Shown here: piece after piece, positions 1-8,054 of the stretch
Position numbering within the stretch: the stretch's first letter is position 1
How the letters are laid out: each line of letters opens with the position of its first letter
Assembly (NCBI RefSeq): GCF_000010065.1
Contig: NC_006576.1
Location: 870,001-902,000, forward strand
Length of the DNA: 32,000 bases
Source: Synechococcus elongatus PCC 6301
GTDB lineage: Bacteria; Cyanobacteriota; Cyanobacteriia; Synechococcales; Synechococcaceae
Direction of reading: 5' to 3'
Made by a program: the position numbers and the translations under genes
The notes under the pieces: model-generated
Database searches by the model: none
What the model saw: the letters and a program-made list of their open reading frames with translations, nothing else
What the model was told of the DNA's origin: nothing

Positions 1-465
1 CTAGGCAAACGGGTCTTGATTACTGCCCATCATGCGGCTGAGACGTCGGGCACGCTCACCCACCTGGTCAGCCCAGAGGCTGTTCAGCATCTCATCAGCT
101 GCCTCGGCGTAGCGTCCGGCCTCAATGTGGCCTAGGGTCTTACGGAAGCGAAGCAGGCCGTCGATACCCAGATTAATTGCCATGTCGATCAGCACTCGCT
201 GACGCACCCACGAAAGCTGTCTAACCCAAGGCAGGCGCGACTCAAGCTGTCGCATTGCGTGGTCGATGTCGCTCACCAGCAGCAACCGCGCTTCAGCCTC
301 ACTGATGCCGCGGTCGTCCAGATTGCGACCGATGCCAATCGTCAGCCTGCCCGCCGTGCAGCGGTACGGCTTCAGCCGCAAGCCCTCATGCAAGGTCAAC
401 TGCCGAATCAGGTCGACACGCTCGCCGGTAAGTTGGTCTGCAATCGTGCGGATGCGGTCACTCAT
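1..465 (-). CDS. Phage endolysin, T4-type lysozyme (glycoside hydrolase 24 family)
   Basis: 154-aa ORF ending in TAG at 1-3; LHEGLRLKPYRCTAGRLTIGIGRNLDDRGIS matches the catalytic E...T region of T4-type lysozymes; last gene of the lysis cassette in this window. Confidence 0.93.
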   Translation of the reverse strand: MSDRIRTIADQLTGERVDLIRQLTLHEGLRLKPYRCTAGRLTIGIGRNLDDRGISEAEARLLLVSDIDHAMRQLESRLPWVRQLSWVRQRVLIDMAINLGIDGLLRFRKTLGHIEAGRYAEAADEMLNSLWADQVGERARRLSRMMGSNQDPFA

Positions 466-638
466 TTCTTCGCTCTTGCGCCAAGGAACCCTGCCGCAAA
501 CTCAACCGCTCGATAGACCCCACCCAGCACCTGATTATCCTTAGGCGTTGGGGTCAAATTCACAATCACCAGCGCGGCCGCATGGACGTACAGAAATACC
601 GTGAAAATCTCATCCTTGTGCTGGAGGATTTGAGACAT
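462..638 (-). CDS. Small single-TM lysis-cassette protein (candidate holin/accessory)
   Basis: 58-aa ORF missing from the supplied track: MSQILQHKDEIFTVFLYVHAAALVIVNLTPTPKDNQVLGGVYRAVEFAAGFLGARAKK*. Overlaps the lysozyme start as ATGA; hydrophobic FTVFLYVHAAALVIV segment. Confidence 0.7.
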   Translation of the reverse strand: MSQILQHKDEIFTVFLYVHAAALVIVNLTPTPKDNQVLGGVYRAVEFAAGFLGARAKK

Positions 639-667
639 GGAGTTTGTGAAAAATCAACACCCCAATT

Positions 668-862
668 CTAATTACCCCCATCATCCTTGTCTTGGCTTCG
701 AGGGGTCATCAGAGCAAACAGCGACGAGACGTAGATCATCGTCAGCTCAGCGAAGCGCGGCCGAAGCTCCTTGTCCTGGTAGGCCATGACGCTGAAGGCG
801 ATGAACAGCAGCGTTGCCAGCCCAGCCAGCACATTGAACCGCTGCCGATCATCGCTGCTCAT
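668..862 (-). CDS. Small membrane protein, holin candidate
   Basis: 64 aa from the internal Met of the 98-aa track ORF (MSSDDRQRFNVLAGLATLLFIAFSVMAY...LTMIYVSSLFALMTPRSQDKDDGGN); two hydrophobic segments; start overlaps the upstream stop as ATGA. Confidence 0.65.
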   Translation of the reverse strand: MSSDDRQRFNVLAGLATLLFIAFSVMAYQDKELRPRFAELTMIYVSSLFALMTPRSQDKDDGGN

Positions 863-1440
863 CAGTAGTCCCAAACCCCTTTCGGCCCGTCGTCGAGGTG
901 CACGAACCGGCGACCAGCTTTGATGCCGCGACCCACGCCGCCGTTCCAGTTCTGCTCGCACCACTGTTCGAACTCAAGCGGATTGAACTGGAGTGGGGAC
1001 ACATCAGCCGCGCCGCCAGTCAGGTGATAGCTGTCGTCAACACCACCAACCCGAGCGTTAGTCACCGGGTCGCGGAACCAAGACGTGACACCCAGCGGGC
1101 CGAACTGCTTACGGAGTACGTCGAGCCGTGCAGCCAGCTTCACGATCCGCCGCTTGTTCTCAGCAGTCACCCGCTGCCTACGGAAGTCATCGAACTGGAA
1201 CACCTCGCCCACCGTGAAGTGCTCAGAAACGCGAGCATCCCACTCACTCCACTGAACCGTCTCAGCCGTGAGTGGTTGCGCGTTCGCCGTGCGGTAGGTC
1301 TTGACCCACTCGGCACTGTCCCGCATGGCAGCGTCGGGAATCACACCCGCCAACATATAGGCAGCCCGGCGATGGTTAGGGTTGTTGGGGTCGAAGTGGA
1401 TGAAGAAATCGAGGAACTTATCAGCCGTAATGGTGCTCAT
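862..1440 (-). CDS. Peptidase M15A family (D-Ala-D-Ala carboxypeptidase-like) cell wall hydrolase
   Basis: 192 aa; SWFRDPVTNARVGGVDDSYHLTGGAADV ... GRRFVHLDDG carries the M15 zinc-ligand pattern. Confidence 0.87.
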   Translation of the reverse strand: MSTITADKFLDFFIHFDPNNPNHRRAAYMLAGVIPDAAMRDSAEWVKTYRTANAQPLTAETVQWSEWDARVSEHFTVGEVFQFDDFRRQRVTAENKRRIVKLAARLDVLRKQFGPLGVTSWFRDPVTNARVGGVDDSYHLTGGAADVSPLQFNPLEFEQWCEQNWNGGVGRGIKAGRRFVHLDDGPKGVWDY

Positions 1441-1670
1441 TGGGCAGTCTTCAACTCCAAGTCCCTAACGCGCCGTTCCAGCTCCACAAGCTGCGCACTG
1501 GTGTTCTTGGCGATTTCAAGGATCCGCGTTTGGCTGGCCTTGATTTCGATGATGCTGGCCTACATCGCCCACAGCAGACCAACGATCGCCAGAAAAGAAC
1601 TAGCCAAGATGGTTGGTGCCGCGCCAGCGAATACACGGTCAAGCGTGGAATGCTCTTTGCTTTCACCCAT
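1437..1670 (-). pseudogene. TM + coiled-coil lysis-region gene interrupted by an in-frame TAG (1560-1562)
   Basis: Minus-strand frame reads MGESKEHSTLDRVFAGAAPTILASSFLAIVGLLWAM * ASIIEIKASQTRILEIAKNTSAQLVELERRVRDLELKTAQ *; the second half has no ATG/GTG start near its beginning and its TGA overlaps the next start as ATGA. Confidence 0.5.
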
Positions 1671-1709
1671 CTCTTTAGATTCCAGTGAAGTTCTGTTGCG
1701 CTGACAACC

Positions 1710-3152
1710 TCATTTTAAGCGGTAGTAGCGAATTGGCCCACTGTAGAAACCTTGGTACTCAGACGGTGAGGCGAGCCTCGTTCTCGTGGGTCGCGAGCTG
1801 CTGTTGCTGATAACCCTTCCCCCATCACAGGTCACGATCCCAATGTGCGCCTGGGGTGGGTTGCCGCCATCAGTGAAGATTGCGATAGCGCCCGGCTCAG
1901 GACCGCTGACTTGTTGAGCACCAGAGCGCCGCAGCGCCGCCTCCGCATCAGGGACGTAGTTCGACCCGCCCCACGGTGTCGTGAGCCCTGCCTTTTGAAA
2001 AACCCGGTTCACCGCCCAGGCGCAAGTGTTCCGACCGCCATCAGGCCCGCCTTGGGTACTGAACCCCCGGAGCTGCTGAGCAGTCTTACAGAGCAAGCTC
2101 CCTTTCTCACTGGCCGATCGCTTGTCGTTCTCGCCGCGTCCGGCTGACCAGTCGTTGTTCGCCTCGCCCTTGGTGCCGCACGTCACCGTCGTCCGGTAGC
2201 CGTTACCGTCGAACTTGTGGGTCACGTTGCGGATGTACCAAGTGCCGTCGACGAGGGCGCGGAAGTCCTGCAGCGTGACTTGCCCCTCGGCGGTGAACTC
2301 GGGATCGCCCTCCATGCTGAAGTCGATCGTCACCTCACCCGACTGGAGGGACTGCAGCCGCGAGTCCGCTGCCCGCTGCGCTTCGTCGCGGGTCTTGTAG
2401 AGCTGCTTCTCCTCGAAGGTCTGGAGGTTGCCGTCTTCGGGCCCAACCGTGAGCAGCTTCTCCTTCTTCTCGTCCTGATCGAAGTAGCGAGCCTTCACCC
2501 GGCTGTAGGCTCCTCGGTTCTTGATAGTGGCCCGCCAGTCGCTGACCTCGTCTCCCTTGACGATGCGCTGCGCCAGTTCGACGCCGGGGGTCGCTGGAAT
2601 GTCGCTCGCTCGGCGCGTAATCCACAATGCCTTGTCGATCGGCTTGGCCGTGATCTTCAGCCTGCGGGCTAGTCGCGTCAGGAAAGCGATGTCTGACTCG
2701 GCGGTCTGATCTTCATGCTTAATCGGGATGCTGCCCACGTCGCCAACAATTCGCAGCTCGAGGCCGCTCCTGCTGGCGATCGTCCTGGCGATCTCGCCCA
2801 GCGTCGTGTCGTGCCAGCTCTGCGTCCTTGAGTCCTTCATGGCCGGCGCAGTTTCGAGCGCCGTAGCCCGCACGACCATCGATCGCGGGCCGTTGCTGAG
2901 GGTCAGGTCATCAACCGCGTAAGTGCCCATGTAGACTGGCAGCTTCCCGCCCTCGGCATAGCCGAGATAGACCTTCAGCCAGGTGCCAGACTTCGGGATC
3001 TCCAGTAGCTTGTCGCGGTCGTCGAGCACGATCTCGACGCGATCGCTTAGCTGCTCCGCTTCGTCGACGACGGTAAGGCTCAGCAGCCGGTCGGCGATCT
3101 GCTTGGTGATGTTCACCCCGTCGGCCTCGACGAGGTAGGCAGGCTTGCTCAT
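1710..3152 (-). CDS. Baseplate hub / late control gene D family protein with C-terminal CHAP or NlpC-like peptidase domain
   Basis: N-terminus typical of gpD family (late gene near X and U, hub-like); C-terminus GRNTCAWAVNRVFQKAG...PGAIAIFTDGG...AHIGIVTCDGGRVISNSSSR has the Cys...His order of CHAP/NlpC-P60 peptidases. Confidence 0.85.
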   Translation of the reverse strand: MSKPAYLVEADGVNITKQIADRLLSLTVVDEAEQLSDRVEIVLDDRDKLLEIPKSGTWLKVYLGYAEGGKLPVYMGTYAVDDLTLSNGPRSMVVRATALETAPAMKDSRTQSWHDTTLGEIARTIASRSGLELRIVGDVGSIPIKHEDQTAESDIAFLTRLARRLKITAKPIDKALWITRRASDIPATPGVELAQRIVKGDEVSDWRATIKNRGAYSRVKARYFDQDEKKEKLLTVGPEDGNLQTFEEKQLYKTRDEAQRAADSRLQSLQSGEVTIDFSMEGDPEFTAEGQVTLQDFRALVDGTWYIRNVTHKFDGNGYRTTVTCGTKGEANNDWSAGRGENDKRSASEKGSLLCKTAQQLRGFSTQGGPDGGRNTCAWAVNRVFQKAGLTTPWGGSNYVPDAEAALRRSGAQQVSGPEPGAIAIFTDGGNPPQAHIGIVTCDGGRVISNSSSRPTRTRLASPSEYQGFYSGPIRYYRLK

Positions 3153-3361
3153 GCTTCAGTCCAGATCCTCAGCACGTTGCGGGTCGTCGGCTCGGGTAGC
3201 TCGGGTAGGTCGATCGCAACATCGCCGGGGAGGATCGGCAGCATATCGCTCAGCCCAGGATTCGCCTCCAGCACCGGCTCAACGGTGCCCTCCGTCCTGC
3301 CGTAGTAGCGCCAGCAAATCTCGTCGATCTCGTCGAACTGGCGGGTGATGTAGAGCGCCAT
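3149..3361 (-). CDS. X: Tail protein X (LysM-like, P2 gpX family)
   Basis: 70 aa, MALYITRQFDEIDEICWRYYGRTEGTVEPVLEANPGLSDMLPILPGDVAIDLPE; placed between U and D. Confidence 0.9.
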   Translation of the reverse strand: MALYITRQFDEIDEICWRYYGRTEGTVEPVLEANPGLSDMLPILPGDVAIDLPELPEPTTRNVLRIWTEA

Positions 3362-4281
3362 CAGTTGCCACCCAGAATCAGGTCACGCACGGCAGCCGTC
3401 CGCGCCGGATCCACGTCGAGGATTCCCGTCACCGTGGCGGCCGCGTTGACCAGCGACTGCAGCGACGGTGCGCCGCCGCCCGCGATCGACTGGATGACCG
3501 ACGATGCCTCAGGCCCAAGACCAGCAAGCTGCTCGACTGCGATCGCTACCGCCTCGGGGCCGCGTCCCTGCGCGAAAGCTTGGGCAAGCCCTGCCGCGCT
3601 GATCCCCGCCTGCGCCCACTGGGAGGACGTTGCGCCACCAAGCCCGAACGTGCCGAGCAGTGACTCGACGTTGCCGCCCGCGACGGACTGCACAACGCTG
3701 GTAAGCTGCCCCGTACTGAAACCCGCCGCCTGAGCGAGTGGGGCAAGTGGCCCGCCGACCGCATTGGCGACGAGCTGCTGGGCCGAGTTCGCCAGCCCAG
3801 CCAGCGCAGTCGATGGGCTAAGCGCCGCCCGCGCCCCATAGAGGATCCCCGCGACAAATCGGGTCGTGATCGGCGTTGCCGCCTGTCCGGGATTGTCCTC
3901 GCCGTACTTCGCGATCTCAAGGTTGAACTCGATCTTGCGCGGTGCCCCGCCCTGCAGGAACACCGACTTGACCTCGCGGACGGACAGGATGACCCAGCGG
4001 CCGAAAACGGTGCCGAGGCCGTCGGTGAGCATGAGCGGCTGGCCCTTGTCGGCCTCCGCCCGCATCGCGTCCACCTGTCCCAACCCGCCGCGAAACTGGG
4101 GGTAAATGACACCGGGCAGCGTGATCTTCCGCTCACCGGGACCAAGAAACTGATAGGCGACCTCGCGGGTCAGCCGTTCCTGCAGCGCCCAGCGGTAAGC
4201 GTCCGATCGCTCCAGCGACTCATTGGCCGCTGTGTCGAGTCCGAACTGGTAGGAGCCGAGCTGGTAGAGGGGTGTCGCCAT
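3361..4281 (-). CDS. U: Tail protein U (P2 gpU family) with extended Ala/Gly-rich C-terminus
   Basis: 306 aa; LGSYQFGLDTAANESLERSDAYRWALQERLTREVAYQFLGPGERKITLPGVIYP plus synteny. Confidence 0.88.
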   Translation of the reverse strand: MATPLYQLGSYQFGLDTAANESLERSDAYRWALQERLTREVAYQFLGPGERKITLPGVIYPQFRGGLGQVDAMRAEADKGQPLMLTDGLGTVFGRWVILSVREVKSVFLQGGAPRKIEFNLEIAKYGEDNPGQAATPITTRFVAGILYGARAALSPSTALAGLANSAQQLVANAVGGPLAPLAQAAGFSTGQLTSVVQSVAGGNVESLLGTFGLGGATSSQWAQAGISAAGLAQAFAQGRGPEAVAIAVEQLAGLGPEASSVIQSIAGGGAPSLQSLVNAAATVTGILDVDPARTAAVRDLILGGN

Positions 4282-7133
4282 CAGTCGTTTAGAGCAGCAC
4301 GCTGGTTGAGTTCGGCCTCGCGCATCAGGTCATCGAACACCTGGCGCACTTGGGCGGCGATACTACGCGCGTCCTGCCCTGGACCAGCGTTGATTGTGAT
4401 CGGTGCAGTGATGTTGATCGGGGCGCGCCGATCGCTTCGAGGCGCAGGCGAAACCACGACCGGCGCGGGCATCGGCGCGGCGATCGTGGGTGTGCTATTG
4501 ACCTCGGGGATCCTGACCTCAGTCAGGGCAAAGCGGGCCTCGGGCGTTGCCACAGAGGCTTGAGCCACGATCGTTGGGGCCGGCAGGGCAATCGACGGCT
4601 GCGAAACAATCTGCGGAGCAGGGACGCTGATCGGAGCCGGAGTCGCGATCGCGGGCGCGGGAACCTGCAGCGCTATTGCAGGGGAAATCGACGCGACAAG
4701 CTGCTGCGAGCCTGCATTCTCGGTCTGCAGCGGGACGGCCTGCCGGGCCAGAACCGGGCCAGTTTTCGGCGCACCCATCGCGGGCTGAGTGAGTGCTGGC
4801 AAGGGTTGGGGCAGGGTCGGCGCTGCTATAGCGATCGCTGGGGCTTGCACCGCACCCATCGCGGCCATCGCCGCCGTCGCAGCCGCAACGAGCGGACGCC
4901 GGAGCAAACCTGCACCGCGACGCACGCCAATCCCGAGCGTGCCGGGGATCGCCATGCCGGATTTGGTGAGGGTCGAGAACGGGCCGCGCTTCGCGTCGCT
5001 GAACGGCATCAGCTCGCGCACCCTGGCGAAGCTCTGCTGCACGGTCGCCAGCAGCTCGCCAGCCTTTGCCTTCACCCCGTCGATGATGGTTTGGATGATC
5101 GCCTCACCGACGCCGGCCAGCATTGACGGCACGCTTCGGATGAACGCGACGACCTGCTGGAACGCGCCCTGAATCTGGGCGACCATCTGAGCAAAGACTG
5201 ACGCGATGCCAGGGACGATCTTCTGGAAGATGCCGATGACCAACGTGGGCAGTGGGAACAAGATCGCGCCCATCTGGGGCAGGAACGATCGCACTACACC
5301 GAGCGCTTGATCCCAGACCGCCCTGAACTGGCTCGTGATGCCCGCAAACGCGGATCCGGCGATGCCGGGTAGCTGTTGCAGTAGGGAGCCGACCGTCGCG
5401 ATCGCTGCTTGCATGAGCGTCACGAGGACAGTGGCCGCCATGCGAGCGGCGCCCATCACGATTCCGGGCATGGCCCTCATCGCACCGGCTAGCCCGGTGA
5501 TGAACGACCGACCGAGCGCGACGACACCCATCGCGGCCATGCGCCCGATCGACAGCCAGACTTGCGCCACGGCTGGCAGGATGACCGCGCCGATCGTCTG
5601 CCCGATCCGCTGGGCTGCGGCCGCGACTTCCTGCTCGTTGCCGGAGAACAAAGCCACCCAGAAGCGCTTGGCCTCACTGAGTAGCGTCATCACCCCGGTG
5701 AGTCCCTGCCGGATGCCTTGGAACAGGTCACTCGCGCCCGCTTGCTTCACTGAACCCCAGAATCCGAGAGCAACCTGCTTGAGGTCGTCCCAGTACGCAA
5801 TGACTAGGGCGATCGCCGCACCAATTCCCAGCACGGCCAAGGTGATCGGGCCACCAATCACACCGATGGCTGCCACCACGGCACCAATGAGGGGCAGGGC
5901 AGCAGTTAAGCCCACCGTCAGCCCCGCGATCGCCACGATGCCTTTCATCAGCCCGGGGTTGGTTTCAGCCCAGCGGGCCATACCTTCAATCACTGGCGTG
6001 ACCACGTTAGCCAGTGAGTTCAGCGACGGCAGCAGCGCCGCGCCGATCGAGATCGCCAGCCGCTCGCCCGTGTTTTGCAGCGCCTTCATCTGTTCCGCGA
6101 AGGTACCCAGCGATCGCTGATAGTCAGCGTCAACAGTGCCTGCCGCAATCGAGCCGCCCGCGTCATCGCGCAGCTTGGTGTACTCGGCGCGATACTTCAT
6201 CAGGCTCATTAGAGCCAGCTTTGCTTCCTTGTCACCGAAGATCTGTCCGAGCTTAAACGTGTCGCCACCCGTCACTTTGAACAGGGTTTCGACTGCCGCT
6301 TCCATCGGATTGATGCCGTTGGCCTTGGCGTCTTTCAGCACCTGCTCGATGTTGACGCCAAACTTCTTGAAGCGCTTCACCGCATCCGGTGCGGTCATCT
6401 TCAGCATTGTGTCTGTCAACCGCGTGGCAGCCTGCCCAGCGTCCGGCGCATCGCGTCGCACCATCTGCATCATGGCGGCCAGACTGACCGCGCCTTCTCT
6501 GCCTGTCACCCCCAGAGAACCAGCCGCCGCAGCGATCGTCGGCATGAACTGCGCCATGTCCTTCAGCTCGAACGCCCCTTGCTTGCCCGCGTAGGCCAGT
6601 GCGTCGAACGTCGCCTTGAGTTCAGTCGGCTTGATCTTCAGCGCATTCTGGAGCTGAAAGCCGGTCTTAGTGATGTCGGTCAGGTTCGAGTTGGTCGCCG
6701 TCGCTACTCGACCTAGGGTATCAATGCTGGCGATCGCATCCTTTAGTACGAGGCCTTGGGCCACTAAGTCTTGGATGCCAGAGGCGAGATCGCTGGCTGA
6801 TTGGTTCGTGCGATCGCGGGCGCTGAGCGCCAGTAGGTCAGCCCCCAACGCCTTGAGTTCTGCCGCGCTAGAGCCTGCCGTCTTGCCGATGTCAGCCAGC
6901 TGAGACTCGAAGGCAACAGCTTGCTTGGTCGAGTAGATCAAGCCCGCGCCAACCGCCGCGCTAGCCGCTGCCAACGCCTGAAAAGCGTCGTTGCGCACGA
7001 CGCCCATAAAGCCTGTCTTGGTGGCCCTGGCCAGTGTGTTGAGCTGGCCTTGGGCACGGGCAATCGACGAACCGAGGGATGCTGCAACGCGCCCCCCAAT
7101 TTCAAGCGTTACCTGAAAGGCTTTACCTGCCAT
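4281..7133 (-). CDS. Tail tape measure protein
   Basis: 950 aa; longest tail ORF, alternating hydrophobic/Ala-Gly regions, phage TMP core-like N-terminus (SAAELKALGADLLALSARDRTNQSASDLASGIQDLVAQG); immediately downstream of the chaperone. Confidence 0.95.
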   Translation of the reverse strand: MAGKAFQVTLEIGGRVAASLGSSIARAQGQLNTLARATKTGFMGVVRNDAFQALAAASAAVGAGLIYSTKQAVAFESQLADIGKTAGSSAAELKALGADLLALSARDRTNQSASDLASGIQDLVAQGLVLKDAIASIDTLGRVATATNSNLTDITKTGFQLQNALKIKPTELKATFDALAYAGKQGAFELKDMAQFMPTIAAAAGSLGVTGREGAVSLAAMMQMVRRDAPDAGQAATRLTDTMLKMTAPDAVKRFKKFGVNIEQVLKDAKANGINPMEAAVETLFKVTGGDTFKLGQIFGDKEAKLALMSLMKYRAEYTKLRDDAGGSIAAGTVDADYQRSLGTFAEQMKALQNTGERLAISIGAALLPSLNSLANVVTPVIEGMARWAETNPGLMKGIVAIAGLTVGLTAALPLIGAVVAAIGVIGGPITLAVLGIGAAIALVIAYWDDLKQVALGFWGSVKQAGASDLFQGIRQGLTGVMTLLSEAKRFWVALFSGNEQEVAAAAQRIGQTIGAVILPAVAQVWLSIGRMAAMGVVALGRSFITGLAGAMRAMPGIVMGAARMAATVLVTLMQAAIATVGSLLQQLPGIAGSAFAGITSQFRAVWDQALGVVRSFLPQMGAILFPLPTLVIGIFQKIVPGIASVFAQMVAQIQGAFQQVVAFIRSVPSMLAGVGEAIIQTIIDGVKAKAGELLATVQQSFARVRELMPFSDAKRGPFSTLTKSGMAIPGTLGIGVRRGAGLLRRPLVAAATAAMAAMGAVQAPAIAIAAPTLPQPLPALTQPAMGAPKTGPVLARQAVPLQTENAGSQQLVASISPAIALQVPAPAIATPAPISVPAPQIVSQPSIALPAPTIVAQASVATPEARFALTEVRIPEVNSTPTIAAPMPAPVVVSPAPRSDRRAPINITAPITINAGPGQDARSIAAQVRQVFDDLMREAELNQRAALND

Positions 7134-7547
7134 TCCTCACCTGGCGAGCGGTTTCTTCTTCGACTACGCGGGCTTCAGACAGCCACTCCAGAAAGTCGTC
7201 AGTGTCAAGATCGAGGATTTCTTCCAGTGACCAGCCGGTCAGCTTGGAGAGAATGATCACTCCTCGGCGGACCCCTGCGAGAGGGCCTTTCCCTTGAAAG
7301 CCAAGTACTGCTCCATCAAGCGATCGCTGTCTACAGCATCCAACTGCTCAAACTCGTCAGGGGCTAACTCACACAGGGTTGCCAAAAGCCACGCGGCCTG
7401 ATCAGAGGGCGTCCCCTTGATCCGCTGCATCGCCACTTCGTCTCGTACTTTCGGTCGCCGCATCGTGACTGACTTCACTGCGACGCCTGCGATCTCGATT
7501 GGGAACTCCAGCTCGATTGTGGCGCTCAATCGCTTGTCAAAAGTCAT
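7123..7547 (-). CDS. Predicted -1 frameshift product of the tail assembly chaperone (~141 aa)
   Basis: G GGA AAG (minus strand 7293-7287) is in the correct phase in the 96-aa ORF; the -1 frame stays open to TAA at 7123-7125 and adds GPLAGVRRGVIILSKLTGWSLEEILDLDTDDFLEWLSEARVVEEETARQVRNGR. Confidence 0.78.
7257..7547 (-). CDS. Tail assembly chaperone (P2 gpE / Mu gp41-type), 0-frame product
   Basis: 96 aa between tube and tape measure genes; MTFDKRLSATIELEFPIEIAGVAVKSVTMRRPKVRDEVAMQRI. Confidence 0.88.
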   Translation of the reverse strand: MTFDKRLSATIELEFPIEIAGVAVKSVTMRRPKVRDEVAMQRIKGTPSDQAAWLLATLCELAPDEFEQLDAVDSDRLMEQYLAFKGKALSQGSAEE

Positions 7548-7550
7548 GGG

Positions 7551-8054
7551 TTAAATTCCAATCGCTGCACGGATGGACTCAAGCTGGTCAGTGCCACCGA
7601 CTTTGCGAATCATGCTCACGACGTCGACTTCAATCAGCTCATGACCGTCGATCGCGACTTTGATGTAGCGGAGCGCCATCATGAACTGTCCAGAAGTTTT
7701 CTCGCCAGCAGTCCAGTCGCCTGCGTCCATCTCTTTAACCACGCCGCGCATGTTGACGACTATCGGCACGGCTGCCTCGCCGTCGCGGCGTAGCCCCCCG
7801 CGAGCTGTAACCTGAGTGGCGGCACCATCAGCCAAGCCCCAAAGCCGAACCACATTCGGGTCGTACTCAAACAGTTGGAAGGTGCACTCCAGCTTCTCTT
7901 GCCCTAGGTCGATCTCGACCGGCGCATCCATGCCACCGCCCCGATACTCCTCCATCTGGGTGGTGAGCTTGGGCAGTGTGAGCTGTTCGATAACGCCCGC
8001 GTAGCCGCGACCATCGACGAACAAATTGAAGTTCTTTAGAACGCGGGGGATCAT
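7551..8054 (-). CDS. FII: Major tail tube protein (P2 FII family)
   Basis: 167 aa; MIPRVLKNFNLFVDGRGYAGVIEQLTLPKLTTQMEEYRGGGMDAPVEIDLG; follows the sheath gene. Confidence 0.95.
   Translation of the reverse strand: MIPRVLKNFNLFVDGRGYAGVIEQLTLPKLTTQMEEYRGGGMDAPVEIDLGQEKLECTFQLFEYDPNVVRLWGLADGAATQVTARGGLRRDGEAAVPIVVNMRGVVKEMDAGDWTAGEKTSGQFMMALRYIKVAIDGHELIEVDVVSMIRKVGGTDQLESIRAAIGI

Noticed and set aside
1451-1666. 71-aa minus-strand ORF from the track (MKAKSIPRLTVYSLARHQ...)
   Set aside because: Composition looks non-coding; another minus frame at the same place encodes a clear TM segment plus coiled coil with proper gene-overlap context.
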